Shown here: in pieces, positions 44,749 through 52,963 of the stretch
Numbering within the stretch: position 1 is the stretch's first letter
How the letters are laid out: the number at the start of each line of letters is the position of its first letter
Assembly: GCA_041640055.1 (NCBI GenBank)
Contig: JBEQAZ010000001.1
Coordinates: 6,931 to 70,930, forward strand
DNA from: Candidatus Nanohaloarchaea archaeon
GTDB taxonomy: Archaea > Nanohalarchaeota > Nanosalinia > Nanosalinales > Nanosalinaceae
Length of the DNA: 64,000 nucleotides
Direction of reading: 5' to 3'
Made by a program: the position numbers and the translations under genes
The notes under the pieces: model-generated
Database searches by the model: none
Seen by the model: the letters and a program-made list of their open reading frames with translations, nothing else
What the model was told of the DNA's origin: nothing

Positions 44749-45924
44749 ATGAGTTCGAGAAAACCTAGATTCCTGGAAGCACCTACTGCATTTACTGCAG
44801 GAGCAAACAGTTCGACAGCTAAGCTGAATAACAGAACTACTAGGCTCCAGGACCACGACCTTGTGAATACGGTCGGAAAGATCCAGGACAACCTCACTTA
44901 TGCAGATAACCATTTCTTCATCAATAATGAAGAAGTAAAGGACATTAACAGAGAACTCGAGAAAGAAGGATTAGGCGAACTTACTATAAGACCTACAGCT
45001 GCTCTTCTCAGGAACTTTCACGGCCTTGATGAGGATATCGAAGGCCTTCATGTGATCAACAGTCCTGAAATACAGCACTTCGCTAGCGATAAAGCGTACC
45101 AGAGAAAAACGATGTGGGATGATCCTGGCGTATCGATTCCGTATCAACCTACAGATGAATTCTTTGGACCAAGCGGTGAGCCACGCCTAGATGAGCTAGC
45201 TGAAGAGTTCGAAGGTTTAGAACATCTAGGTGTTGTGGAACAGCCACGAGCAGACAGTCAGGGAGATGGAATCGCATTCTACGATACTTTCGAAGACGCG
45301 ATTGAAGAATACAGAGAGTCCGGTCTACCGGAGAAGTCGATGCTGAGCTTACAGCTTCCGCTACAGTATGATCAGCGGGTTGTAGCTGCAGGATCTGAAC
45401 CGGTAACTTCTATGAAGAGGTTTCCAAACGGTGATGGCGTCTGTAGTTTGAGCAAGATCGACGGTGATAACTACAAGGAAAAAGCGGCTAAAGGAAAAGA
45501 GAAAGGTTATGTGGAACCGGTTGATATAGATAATCTGGACCCAGCAGTTGAAAAAATCCTAGAAGATCATGTTGAAGCCGTTAAAAGAGAGACAGGAGAG
45601 GAAGACTTCTGGATAGGCTGGGACTTCTTCGCAATAGACCCTTACGAAATGGATGAGTTCCCAGAGTACATTAAAGACCATCTGATGGATGAGGACTACC
45701 GCACAGAAGATGGAAACTATCTAGTTCTGGGAGAACCTAACGCATCACCAGGATCAGGAGTAGACATAGTAAACCAGGAGTACGAAGATCAGGATTCGGC
45801 TGCCAACCTGGTAAGATACGGAGACGCCGTAAGCAGAGGTCAAAGCTTTGACAGAGGGCTTGAAAGCGCTGGACAAGTAAGTGCTTCGGACCTATACGAT
45901 ATGGTCAAGGAGCACCAGATCTAA
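44749..45924 (+). CDS. ATP-grasp-like ligase (divergent RimK-like)
   Basis: The ATP-grasp blocks appear in order: FASDKAYQRKTM, GVVEQPRADSQGDGIAFYDT, YDQRVVAAGSEPVTSMKRF and WIGWDFFAIDP...GNYLVLGEPNASPGSG (the E-x-N site). Confidence 0.55.
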   Translation: MSSRKPRFLEAPTAFTAGANSSTAKLNNRTTRLQDHDLVNTVGKIQDNLTYADNHFFINNEEVKDINRELEKEGLGELTIRPTAALLRNFHGLDEDIEGLHVINSPEIQHFASDKAYQRKTMWDDPGVSIPYQPTDEFFGPSGEPRLDELAEEFEGLEHLGVVEQPRADSQGDGIAFYDTFEDAIEEYRESGLPEKSMLSLQLPLQYDQRVVAAGSEPVTSMKRFPNGDGVCSLSKIDGDNYKEKAAKGKEKGYVEPVDIDNLDPAVEKILEDHVEAVKRETGEEDFWIGWDFFAIDPYEMDEFPEYIKDHLMDEDYRTEDGNYLVLGEPNASPGSGVDIVNQEYEDQDSAANLVRYGDAVSRGQSFDRGLESAGQVSASDLYDMVKEHQI

Positions 45925-45963
45925 CTAAAACATATTTAACTCTTACCATCTTGTTATTATCGT

Positions 45964-46410
45964 GTGGTAACAATGTCAGACGAAGAATTCGAACCACGAG
46001 ACACAGAAAGATTAGAGGAACTAGTGGGCGAAGCTCCAGAAGAAGCAGACGAAGAACTTGTAAGGAGCCTAACTCAGCTTGCCGGCGCAATGGCCGGAGA
46101 CAAGGAACTTAAGGAAGATGTTAAGGAAGGAATTGAAGAACTAGCAAACGATTACGAACAGACTCTAGACGAACTTGACGCAATGGAAGATCAGAGAGAC
46201 GAGTACAGACAGTTCGCTCTAGAGATCACCGGTCTAGGAACCGACTTCCTGAACGGAAACCAGTACGCGCTCGAACAGATGGGCACTACACTGGACGAAG
46301 CAGGATACGATGTAGACGCCGATTTCTACGATACATCTGGCGTATACGACGCTCTGGACAACCTAGAAGAAACAGTAAACGACGCTGTTGACACATTCAG
46401 AGACTTCTAA
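45964..46410 (+). CDS. Acidic helical hypothetical protein
   Basis: 148-aa D/E-rich ORF. The start is GTG 45964 or ATG 45973 (MSDEEFEPRD...). A TATA-like ATATTTAAC lies at 45932. Confidence 0.5.
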   Translation: MVTMSDEEFEPRDTERLEELVGEAPEEADEELVRSLTQLAGAMAGDKELKEDVKEGIEELANDYEQTLDELDAMEDQRDEYRQFALEITGLGTDFLNGNQYALEQMGTTLDEAGYDVDADFYDTSGVYDALDNLEETVNDAVDTFRDF

Positions 46411-46438
46411 AGAGCTTCAACCACTAGCCTCAACTCTC

Positions 46439-46445
46439 TTTTTTT
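46439..46445 (+). terminator. Oligo-T tract (archaeal terminator-like) after 45964..46410
   Basis: A run of seven T lies 29 nt after the stop codon. Archaeal RNA polymerase terminates at oligo-T. Confidence 0.4.
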
Positions 46446-46474
46446 ATTTAATTCACCATTACCGAAGGCACAAG

Positions 46475-46493
46475 ACATTTAAAATGTTGTTAC
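46475..46493 (+). promoter_or_regulatory. TATA-like box plus conserved TGTTGTTAC motif upstream of 46519
   Basis: ACATTTAAAATGTTGTTAC lies 26 nt upstream of the TTG 46519 start. It matches 5245..5263 at 16 of 19 positions. Confidence 0.5.
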
Positions 46494-46518
46494 CATTAGG
46501 TAAACATAGGTGTAGATC

Positions 46519-47259
46519 TTGCCTGAACGAGACGACGAAATAATCTCAGCGATAAATTCGCTGAACGAAGCACTGGAAGATGAAACCGCCAGAAAGGAAG
46601 AACTCAGGGATAGAATCGACGAAGTAGCTTCAGAACTAGATGGCGCAGAAAGAGCCGTAGAGAGAATCGCCAGCGAAAGAGATGACTACAGAGCTGTACT
46701 AATCGGACTAGATGAAACACTGGAAACATACTTCGAAGCAGACACCGATGCACTCGGAGGCATGGAAGGAGACCTCAGGGACATCCAAGCCAGGATAAAC
46801 GATCTAGACATTGAGGAAGGAGACTACACAGGCGGAGACACCAATATCGATATTGATGTAACTATAAACGAATCTCGTAGAGGTTTCTTAGGAAAATTAG
46901 CCGCAGGAGGCGCATTACTCGCAGGAGGCGGCCTGGCATACGGAACATGGCAGAACAGCGGCGACGATGTCTACATTGCAGAAGAAAATATTGGCAAAAC
47001 ACCAGGAGACTACACACAGGATGTAGCGAGCAACGAAATCATCGAACAGTATGTATCGAACATGATGGACGAAGAAGAGTTCTCAAATACCTTTACACAA
47101 GTTGGGAGCGAAATCGATGGAAAAGATCTAAGCATGGGGTATATGGATAGCGAGAACCGTATCGACTTCTATGACGACGAAGTTGTCAGTTCCGTTGAGA
47201 TGGACGACCAGCTCTACAACGAGGCAAAAGACGAACTCAACGAAGTACTACAAAACTGA
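46519..47259 (+). CDS. Protein with an N-terminal acidic coiled coil, an internal RR plus Gly/Ala-rich helix, and a C-terminal acidic domain
   Basis: 246 aa with a TTG start. The twin-arginine-like ESRRGFLGKLAAGGALLAGGGLAYG sits at about residue 118, not at the N-terminus. Confidence 0.5.
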   Translation: MPERDDEIISAINSLNEALEDETARKEELRDRIDEVASELDGAERAVERIASERDDYRAVLIGLDETLETYFEADTDALGGMEGDLRDIQARINDLDIEEGDYTGGDTNIDIDVTINESRRGFLGKLAAGGALLAGGGLAYGTWQNSGDDVYIAEENIGKTPGDYTQDVASNEIIEQYVSNMMDEEEFSNTFTQVGSEIDGKDLSMGYMDSENRIDFYDDEVVSSVEMDDQLYNEAKDELNEVLQN

Positions 47260-47270
47260 ATTGTTGTTAC
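47260..47270 (+). promoter_or_regulatory. Conserved TTGTTGTTAC motif upstream of 47320
   Basis: ATTGTTGTTAC begins directly after the stop of 46519..47259 and is followed by CTATAAAAAA (47281..47290). It is the third exact copy of TGTTGTTAC that I saw. Confidence 0.45.
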
Positions 47271-47319
47271 TAACCAATAACTATAAAAAACATGAGTGTT
47301 AATGCTATAGTGTGATAAC

Positions 47320-48471
47320 ATGGTAAACATTGGAAACATTCTATCGGGCGGCGCAAATGCCGCAAGCACAGCAAAAGACGAGATGACCAAAACCACAAGA
47401 AGAAAATTCATGACGGCAGTAGGATCTGCAGCAGTCGGAGCAGGAGTTGCAGAAAAAGCAACAGACGGAGCAGTCTCAGAGACAGCAGGAAACTGGTGGG
47501 AAGAGATAGTCGAAGAACCTATGGGTCTGAATATCGATACAGTTAACGAATACAATGAAGCAGTAACCGACTTCGAGAACAACTTCGAGGACATGTATCG
47601 ATCTGAACTCCATTCAGCCAGAGGAACAAATGATGTAGGAAGAGTTCCGGGCAACCTGGAAGCAGGAGATTCCCTAGATGACGGACAGTACAAGGCACTA
47701 GGATTCAACGACGACGACATCAACAACTCCGACGGAAGAAATGTAGTAGAAAGAGTAGTCGGAGACGAAGAGTTCACAGTTCTCACACCAGACGCAGTCA
47801 GCATGGAAGACAGCAGCTTCGGAGACGAATTTGGAGCACTAGCAATCAACCAAGATCAGAACGAGTTCGATGCTTCTGACCTAAGACAGATGAGGGATGC
47901 ATACCAAGAAGCAGCTCAGGTAACTCAGGACTGGATGGTCCGAGTGAACGAACTGCAGACAGAAGGAGAAAGCTTCGACAGACTATCAACAGAGTACGAA
48001 GACGAGGAAGAAATTCCAGCAGTTCAACAGGCAAGAGAGAACCAACAGTACCTCGGAGATGTACAGAACACGCTTACAACCGACCACCTCAAGTTCCGTG
48101 CACAGGCCAACTTGTTCGACCACGCACTTCAGAACAGCCCTTACAGCGACGGCGAAGAAGTAGGAGTAGACTACGAAGAAGAAACTCAAACACCTGAAGA
48201 CACTCCGACTGATACACCTGACGACGACACTCCGACTGATACACCTGACGGTTCCTATGGAGAACATGACACTTACGGAGACCTTTCAGGTTACTGTGAA
48301 TGGGAAGACGACACCATCAACGAGATCCACGACTACATGGACGAGAACGACATCGACAGCTACGATGAATTCGATGTTGACATCAGCTCAACTAACGGAG
48401 ACTTCACAGTTGAGCTTACCTACGACGGAGAGACAATCAGCGCAGACAATGTAGAAGGCTGCGGGGCATAA
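47320..48471 (+). CDS. Acidic secreted protein with a Tat-like signal
   Basis: 383 aa. The N-terminus ...KTTRRKFMTAVGSAAVGAGVAEKA resembles a twin-arginine signal. There is a Thr/Pro/Asp linker repeat near the C-terminus and two C-terminal Cys. Confidence 0.55.
   Translation: MVNIGNILSGGANAASTAKDEMTKTTRRKFMTAVGSAAVGAGVAEKATDGAVSETAGNWWEEIVEEPMGLNIDTVNEYNEAVTDFENNFEDMYRSELHSARGTNDVGRVPGNLEAGDSLDDGQYKALGFNDDDINNSDGRNVVERVVGDEEFTVLTPDAVSMEDSSFGDEFGALAINQDQNEFDASDLRQMRDAYQEAAQVTQDWMVRVNELQTEGESFDRLSTEYEDEEEIPAVQQARENQQYLGDVQNTLTTDHLKFRAQANLFDHALQNSPYSDGEEVGVDYEEETQTPEDTPTDTPDDDTPTDTPDGSYGEHDTYGDLSGYCEWEDDTINEIHDYMDENDIDSYDEFDVDISSTNGDFTVELTYDGETISADNVEGCGA
48199..48250 (+). repeat. Tandem 27-nt repeat (two identical 25-nt copies) encoding a DTPTDTPD linker
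   Basis: GACACTCCGACTGATACACCTGACG occurs at 48199..48223 and again at 48226..48250. Confidence 0.9.
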
Positions 48472-48523
48472 ATACCCCCTTTCCCCTTTATTGTATTATT
48501 GTAGAGGTGTTTACCCTTAATCT

Positions 48524-51500
48524 ATGAAACTTAACAAGAGCTTGATAATCGCATTCTTCATAATTTTCGCAGCATCAGCTGCAGCTAACCCAGATGTTTC
48601 AGTAAACAATCTTCCTGACAGCGCAACACTTCAGGACGGCATAGATATAGAGGGAAGCGCCGGTGGAGAGAATCTCGATGAAATAAGCATCAGAATGAGA
48701 GATCCTGGAGACAATCTTTGGACATCAATCGAAACCAAGAATTGCGAAGGGCTTAATGACTGCAGCATCGATCTTTTTGATTACAGCCCAAATAACGCAG
48801 TCGAAAAAGAATTCTCAGTTTTCGTTGATAACGGAAACGGTGAGGGAAACCACACAGAACCACAGACTGTTCAGTTTACAGATGGAACAAGCGAGGCACA
48901 GCTAGAAGTTTCCATGGACAACCTAGACAGCCAGGCACCAGCAGATGAAGACTTCAACTTCGATGTAACCGCAAGCGGAGAAAACCTAGATACATTAACT
49001 GTAGAGTATAGAGAGGAAGGTGGCGACTGGGAAACTCTGGACTCGAAGAACTGCGAAGGATTACCGGACTGCCACTTCAATCCGGTAACCTACACACCTA
49101 CAGAAGCACAGGAAGTAGACTTCAGAGCAAACATAGAGGAAGAGAGCGGAGATAAAGATGAAACAAATCCACAGACGGTACAATTTATTGAAGGAGAGGA
49201 TATTGAGATAAGAGATGTAAGAAGCACAAACCAGCAGATAGAAAGAGGGGAAAATACGAGATTTAGGGCTGAGATTCACGCCAATAGAGATTTCAATGAC
49301 CCGGTTTCTGTGAGATTCCGTGTAAACGGAGAAGAATATTTGACAGATTGGTACAGCGACACGATTGAATATGGAGAAACCGTAACAGTATCAACTAGGG
49401 AAGAGCTATCGTGGTACGAACTTGAGGAGGATCTCCAGACCGGACAAGAGTACGACCTTGAATTAAGAGTGAGTGAGGCTGTAGGTAATGATTTAGAATT
49501 CTCAGAGATTGAAGAGAATGCCTTCAGATTAGATGAAGGGAATTTTGATGAATGTCATAGATTCACTGACTCTGGTGTAGACGCCAGTATATCAGGTATA
49601 AGTGGTGGTACAATCAGTGAGGATGAGGAAATTAACCCTGAAGCGGAGATAAGAAACAACGCAGATACAGTTATAGGAGGTTCAAATTCCGGAGACCTGC
49701 TTATTTACTTCAAAACCACTGAAGAACAGTTTGATTGTGAATTTTACAGAAACGAATTTTCCAGTAATGCAGAAGAATATACCATAGGCTGGGATGGCGT
49801 GGATGTACCCGAACTTAATCCGGGAGAGAGCCATTCTGAGAGCATATTTGCCTACAATGACAAACCAGATGAACTAGAATACGATGAAATATACAATCCT
49901 GTTGGAGTATTCCATAACGGATCCAAAGTCTATGTAGGTCTAGTAGGCACAATCATGTGGACCCAAGAAAATCAAGACGAACCAAGTATTACATTAGACG
50001 CCAACCAACCTCTAAACGCGGTAAATGTGCAGACACCAGTAGAAATTGACTGGAGCGTAGACAATCCGAATAATGTCGATCTAACTTACTCCCTAAATGT
50101 AGAAGATGAGGACGGAGATCAAGTATTCTCGGAAGATAATATCGATCAGACAAGCTACAGCCTCGAAGAAGATCTAGGTGAAGGAACATACACTTGGACT
50201 GTCGAAGCAGTGGATAACGACGGAGATGTAAGAGCGGATGCAGACGGCTCATTCGAACTGAACAACGCATACATAGATGGAGTAACGATGAATGACCTGC
50301 CGAACCAGCAGGAAACCGGTGAAGACATGGAGATAGAGGCAAGCGCAAGCGGCAGAGACCTCCAAGAGCTAATGATAAAACAGAGAGTGCACAATGATTG
50401 GAATACTTATCATGAAAAGGACTGTGGGGGGATGCCTGACTGCAGCATCGACCTTCCAGATTACAGCAGAAGTTCTGAAGGCGAGGTAGACTACAAAGCT
50501 GTAGCAATCGCAGGAACAGGAAATAACGAGGAGGAACAGGAATCAGATGTACAGACAGTAGAGTTCGTTGACGAAATATATCTTGAAGCAGACTTCGACT
50601 ACCATCCGGAAAACCCTGAAGTCGGAGAAACAGTAGAGTTCGAATCCGAAAGCTCTGGTGACATCGAGGAATGGACCTGGGACTTCGGAGACGGAGAAAC
50701 AGCTAGCGGTCAGAATGTAGAACATGAATTTGACGAAGCAGATAACTACCCTGTCGAACTGACCGTCAGCGACGGAGAAAACGAAGATGACGAAACCAAA
50801 ATCGTAGAAGTCGGTTCGGAAGCCGATGATTGTGATATAGATGTGGGAGATATCGAATTCGATCCGGAATATGTCCAGCAAGGAGAGGACAGCACTATCA
50901 GCATCACAGTTGAAAATAACGGCGACCGACAGGACATAGAAGTTGAGTTCCAGGTAAACGACTACAGAGAAAGCATTGAGGATGACACACTTGAGAGCGG
51001 AGAAGAAGAGGAATACAGCATAACGATAAGCCGCGATAACGACGCAGAGATAATCGCAACAGTTACCACTCTGGCAAGTCAAAATAACCCGTGTCAGACT
51101 ACCGAAACCAGTCGATTTGGCACCTTACAGGTAGTTCAAGATGGAGAGAACGATGCAACATTCAACTTCGATGTAGAGGATGAAGTCGGAGAACCTCTCG
51201 AAGATGTAACAATCCAAGGTGAGAACGGAGACGACTTCACAAGATACACGGATGACGACGGAGAAGCAACCGCAAACATCGAAAGCGGAACATACGAGAT
51301 AACCGCCTCCAAACCAGGATACGATTCAGAAACAAAGACAAGAACTGTTGACAGCGGAGAAACAATAAATGTAGATTTCGAACTAGAAAGAGATGAATCA
51401 GCAGAAAACGAAGGTCAGCTTTCCGTACTTACTGAAGACCTGGATGGAGAAAGACTTGAAGATGTAGAGATAACAGCTGAGAATGGGGATGACGAAACAG

Positions 51501-52852
51501 AGTACACAGATGACGACGGAAGAGCATTCATCTACCTTGAAGAAGGAGACTACACCGTCACAGCAGAGAAAGACGGATACCTCGATCAGGCAAGAGATGT
51601 AGAGATCGAAGCAGGAGATAGAACACCAGTACTGTTCGATATGGTCTCTGAAGACGAGGACAGCATAAGGATAACAGATCTAGAATACGAAGACACAGTT
51701 TGTAGAGGAGACACACTATCCGTTGTAGTATCTATCAGGAACAGCCGTGACTCTGATGAGATAGTCACCATGAGAACCGAAGGACTTGGAACAGATACAG
51801 ACAGAGAAGTTGTCACAGACCGTGGAGATACAATCACGCGAGAAGTGCTACTGACAAATGTAGAGGGAAGCGGAACAGAACAGTTCACAGTATCAATTGA
51901 GAACTCAGTATACGATGAGGAGACCGGAGAAGTAGAGGTCGAGGACTGCGGAACAACCGATCAGCCTGACGCAGAGGCAACAGGCCTGACTGCAGAAGTC
52001 AACCCAAGAACGATCCAGGCAGGAGAAACAGTCAATATCAGAGGATTCGTTGACGGGATCCGTGGAGCAACAGAAGTAGAGTTCGAATCCAATGGAGATC
52101 AGATCGCAAGCACCAGCACCGACAGATCAGGCTACTACTCCACATATGTCAGGTTCAACACGCCAAGAACCAAGAGCATCGACATCAGCGCAGGAGGACT
52201 TACAAGAACAAGAAATGTAGAAGTCCTAGCAACTGCAACAGTAGGCGGAATCACAGCACCAAGACAAGTATTCGAGTCAGAAAGCTTCGAGATATGTGCG
52301 GATGTAAGCTCACAGGTCGACGCAGATGTAGTGCTGCTTCGGAACGGAGATGTAGTCGAATCCAAGACCGGAGTTGGAGAGGTGTGCTTCGAGACAGAAG
52401 CAGGTGCACCAGGTACAGCAATATACGAAGTAAGAGCCTTGACAAGCGGAAGCGGAGGAAGTTCAACCCGTGCTGTTCAGGTACTTGAACAGGGTAACGA
52501 GGTAGAGAGCTTCCCAGGACAGTTAGCTTCAGTTGAGTCCGGGGGCAGCATCACAAGAGTAGAATTGTATAACACCAACGATGACCTGAAGAGCTACGAT
52601 ATCGAGCTGACAGGTATTGATGATAGATGGTACACTCAGAGCGATGAGACAGTTCAGCTGAGAAGCGGTGAAAGAGAGACAGTCTACATCTACCTGACAC
52701 CAAGAGCGGAAGGCGAGTACCGTCCACTGCTCAGCGTAAGTTCAGAGGGAAGTACGATTTACAGTCAGGAGATAATCCTGGAGACAGAGGGAACAACTGA
52801 TTCGAATCCTCCAGGATTCTTCCAGAGGCTTTTCAGATTCCTTGGAATTTAG
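48524..52852 (+). CDS. Giant acidic surface protein (adhesin or S-layer-like) with PKD, CarboxypepD_reg-like and novel repeat modules
   Basis: 1442 aa with signal peptide MKLNKSLIIAFFIIFAASAAANP. The PKD signature is WTWDFGDGETASGQNVEHEF...YPVELTVSDG. Two modules have the pattern DVTIQGENGDDFTRYTDDDGEA...GTYEITASKPGY. Three copies of a roughly 95-aa K[ND]C[EG]G[LM]xDC...QTV[QE]F module are present. Confidence 0.75.
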   Translation: MKLNKSLIIAFFIIFAASAAANPDVSVNNLPDSATLQDGIDIEGSAGGENLDEISIRMRDPGDNLWTSIETKNCEGLNDCSIDLFDYSPNNAVEKEFSVFVDNGNGEGNHTEPQTVQFTDGTSEAQLEVSMDNLDSQAPADEDFNFDVTASGENLDTLTVEYREEGGDWETLDSKNCEGLPDCHFNPVTYTPTEAQEVDFRANIEEESGDKDETNPQTVQFIEGEDIEIRDVRSTNQQIERGENTRFRAEIHANRDFNDPVSVRFRVNGEEYLTDWYSDTIEYGETVTVSTREELSWYELEEDLQTGQEYDLELRVSEAVGNDLEFSEIEENAFRLDEGNFDECHRFTDSGVDASISGISGGTISEDEEINPEAEIRNNADTVIGGSNSGDLLIYFKTTEEQFDCEFYRNEFSSNAEEYTIGWDGVDVPELNPGESHSESIFAYNDKPDELEYDEIYNPVGVFHNGSKVYVGLVGTIMWTQENQDEPSITLDANQPLNAVNVQTPVEIDWSVDNPNNVDLTYSLNVEDEDGDQVFSEDNIDQTSYSLEEDLGEGTYTWTVEAVDNDGDVRADADGSFELNNAYIDGVTMNDLPNQQETGEDMEIEASASGRDLQELMIKQRVHNDWNTYHEKDCGGMPDCSIDLPDYSRSSEGEVDYKAVAIAGTGNNEEEQESDVQTVEFVDEIYLEADFDYHPENPEVGETVEFESESSGDIEEWTWDFGDGETASGQNVEHEFDEADNYPVELTVSDGENEDDETKIVEVGSEADDCDIDVGDIEFDPEYVQQGEDSTISITVENNGDRQDIEVEFQVNDYRESIEDDTLESGEEEEYSITISRDNDAEIIATVTTLASQNNPCQTTETSRFGTLQVVQDGENDATFNFDVEDEVGEPLEDVTIQGENGDDFTRYTDDDGEATANIESGTYEITASKPGYDSETKTRTVDSGETINVDFELERDESAENEGQLSVLTEDLDGERLEDVEITAENGDDETEYTDDDGRAFIYLEEGDYTVTAEKDGYLDQARDVEIEAGDRTPVLFDMVSEDEDSIRITDLEYEDTVCRGDTLSVVVSIRNSRDSDEIVTMRTEGLGTDTDREVVTDRGDTITREVLLTNVEGSGTEQFTVSIENSVYDEETGEVEVEDCGTTDQPDAEATGLTAEVNPRTIQAGETVNIRGFVDGIRGATEVEFESNGDQIASTSTDRSGYYSTYVRFNTPRTKSIDISAGGLTRTRNVEVLATATVGGITAPRQVFESESFEICADVSSQVDADVVLLRNGDVVESKTGVGEVCFETEAGAPGTAIYEVRALTSGSGGSSTRAVQVLEQGNEVESFPGQLASVESGGSITRVELYNTNDDLKSYDIELTGIDDRWYTQSDETVQLRSGERETVYIYLTPRAEGEYRPLLSVSSEGSTIYSQEIILETEGTTDSNPPGFFQRLFRFLGI

Positions 52853-52869
52853 AGCAAAATCACGGCTGA

Positions 52870-52906
52870 CTCGGGTCATATTTATGCCCGAGTAGCCAAT
52901 TTTTTT
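52870..52906 (+). terminator. Hairpin plus oligo-T after the giant surface-protein gene
   Basis: The stem is CTCGGG (52870..52875) / CCCGAG (52887..52892) with an 11-nt loop. A run of seven T follows at 52900..52906. Confidence 0.5.
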
Positions 52907-52963
52907 CACTACTACAAATTAATATAAAAGATTTAGTTGAGGTGTTATTATTAGGTGACAATT

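Noticed and set aside
47214-47849. A 211-aa minus-strand ORF spanning two plus-strand genes and their intergenic region.
   Set aside because: It has Ser/Pro/Ala-rich low complexity and is antisense to acidic genes. It also crosses a promoter region that carries the conserved motif. I judged it spurious.
49989-51082. Minus-strand ORFs 49989..50507 and 50543..51082 (172 and 179 aa) lie inside the giant surface-protein gene.
   Set aside because: Both are antisense to a gene with clear domain homology (PKD and others). Their composition (Cys/Leu/Phe/Arg-rich) is atypical for this acidic proteome.
52790-52852. A possible PGF-CTERM archaeosortase signal (NPPGFFQRLFRFLGI) at the end of the 1442-aa protein.
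   Set aside because: A PGF tripeptide is present. However, the following 11 residues are amphipathic with two Arg, not a transmembrane helix plus basic tail. The neighbouring surface protein also lacks PGF. The evidence is too weak without an archaeosortase gene or profile search.
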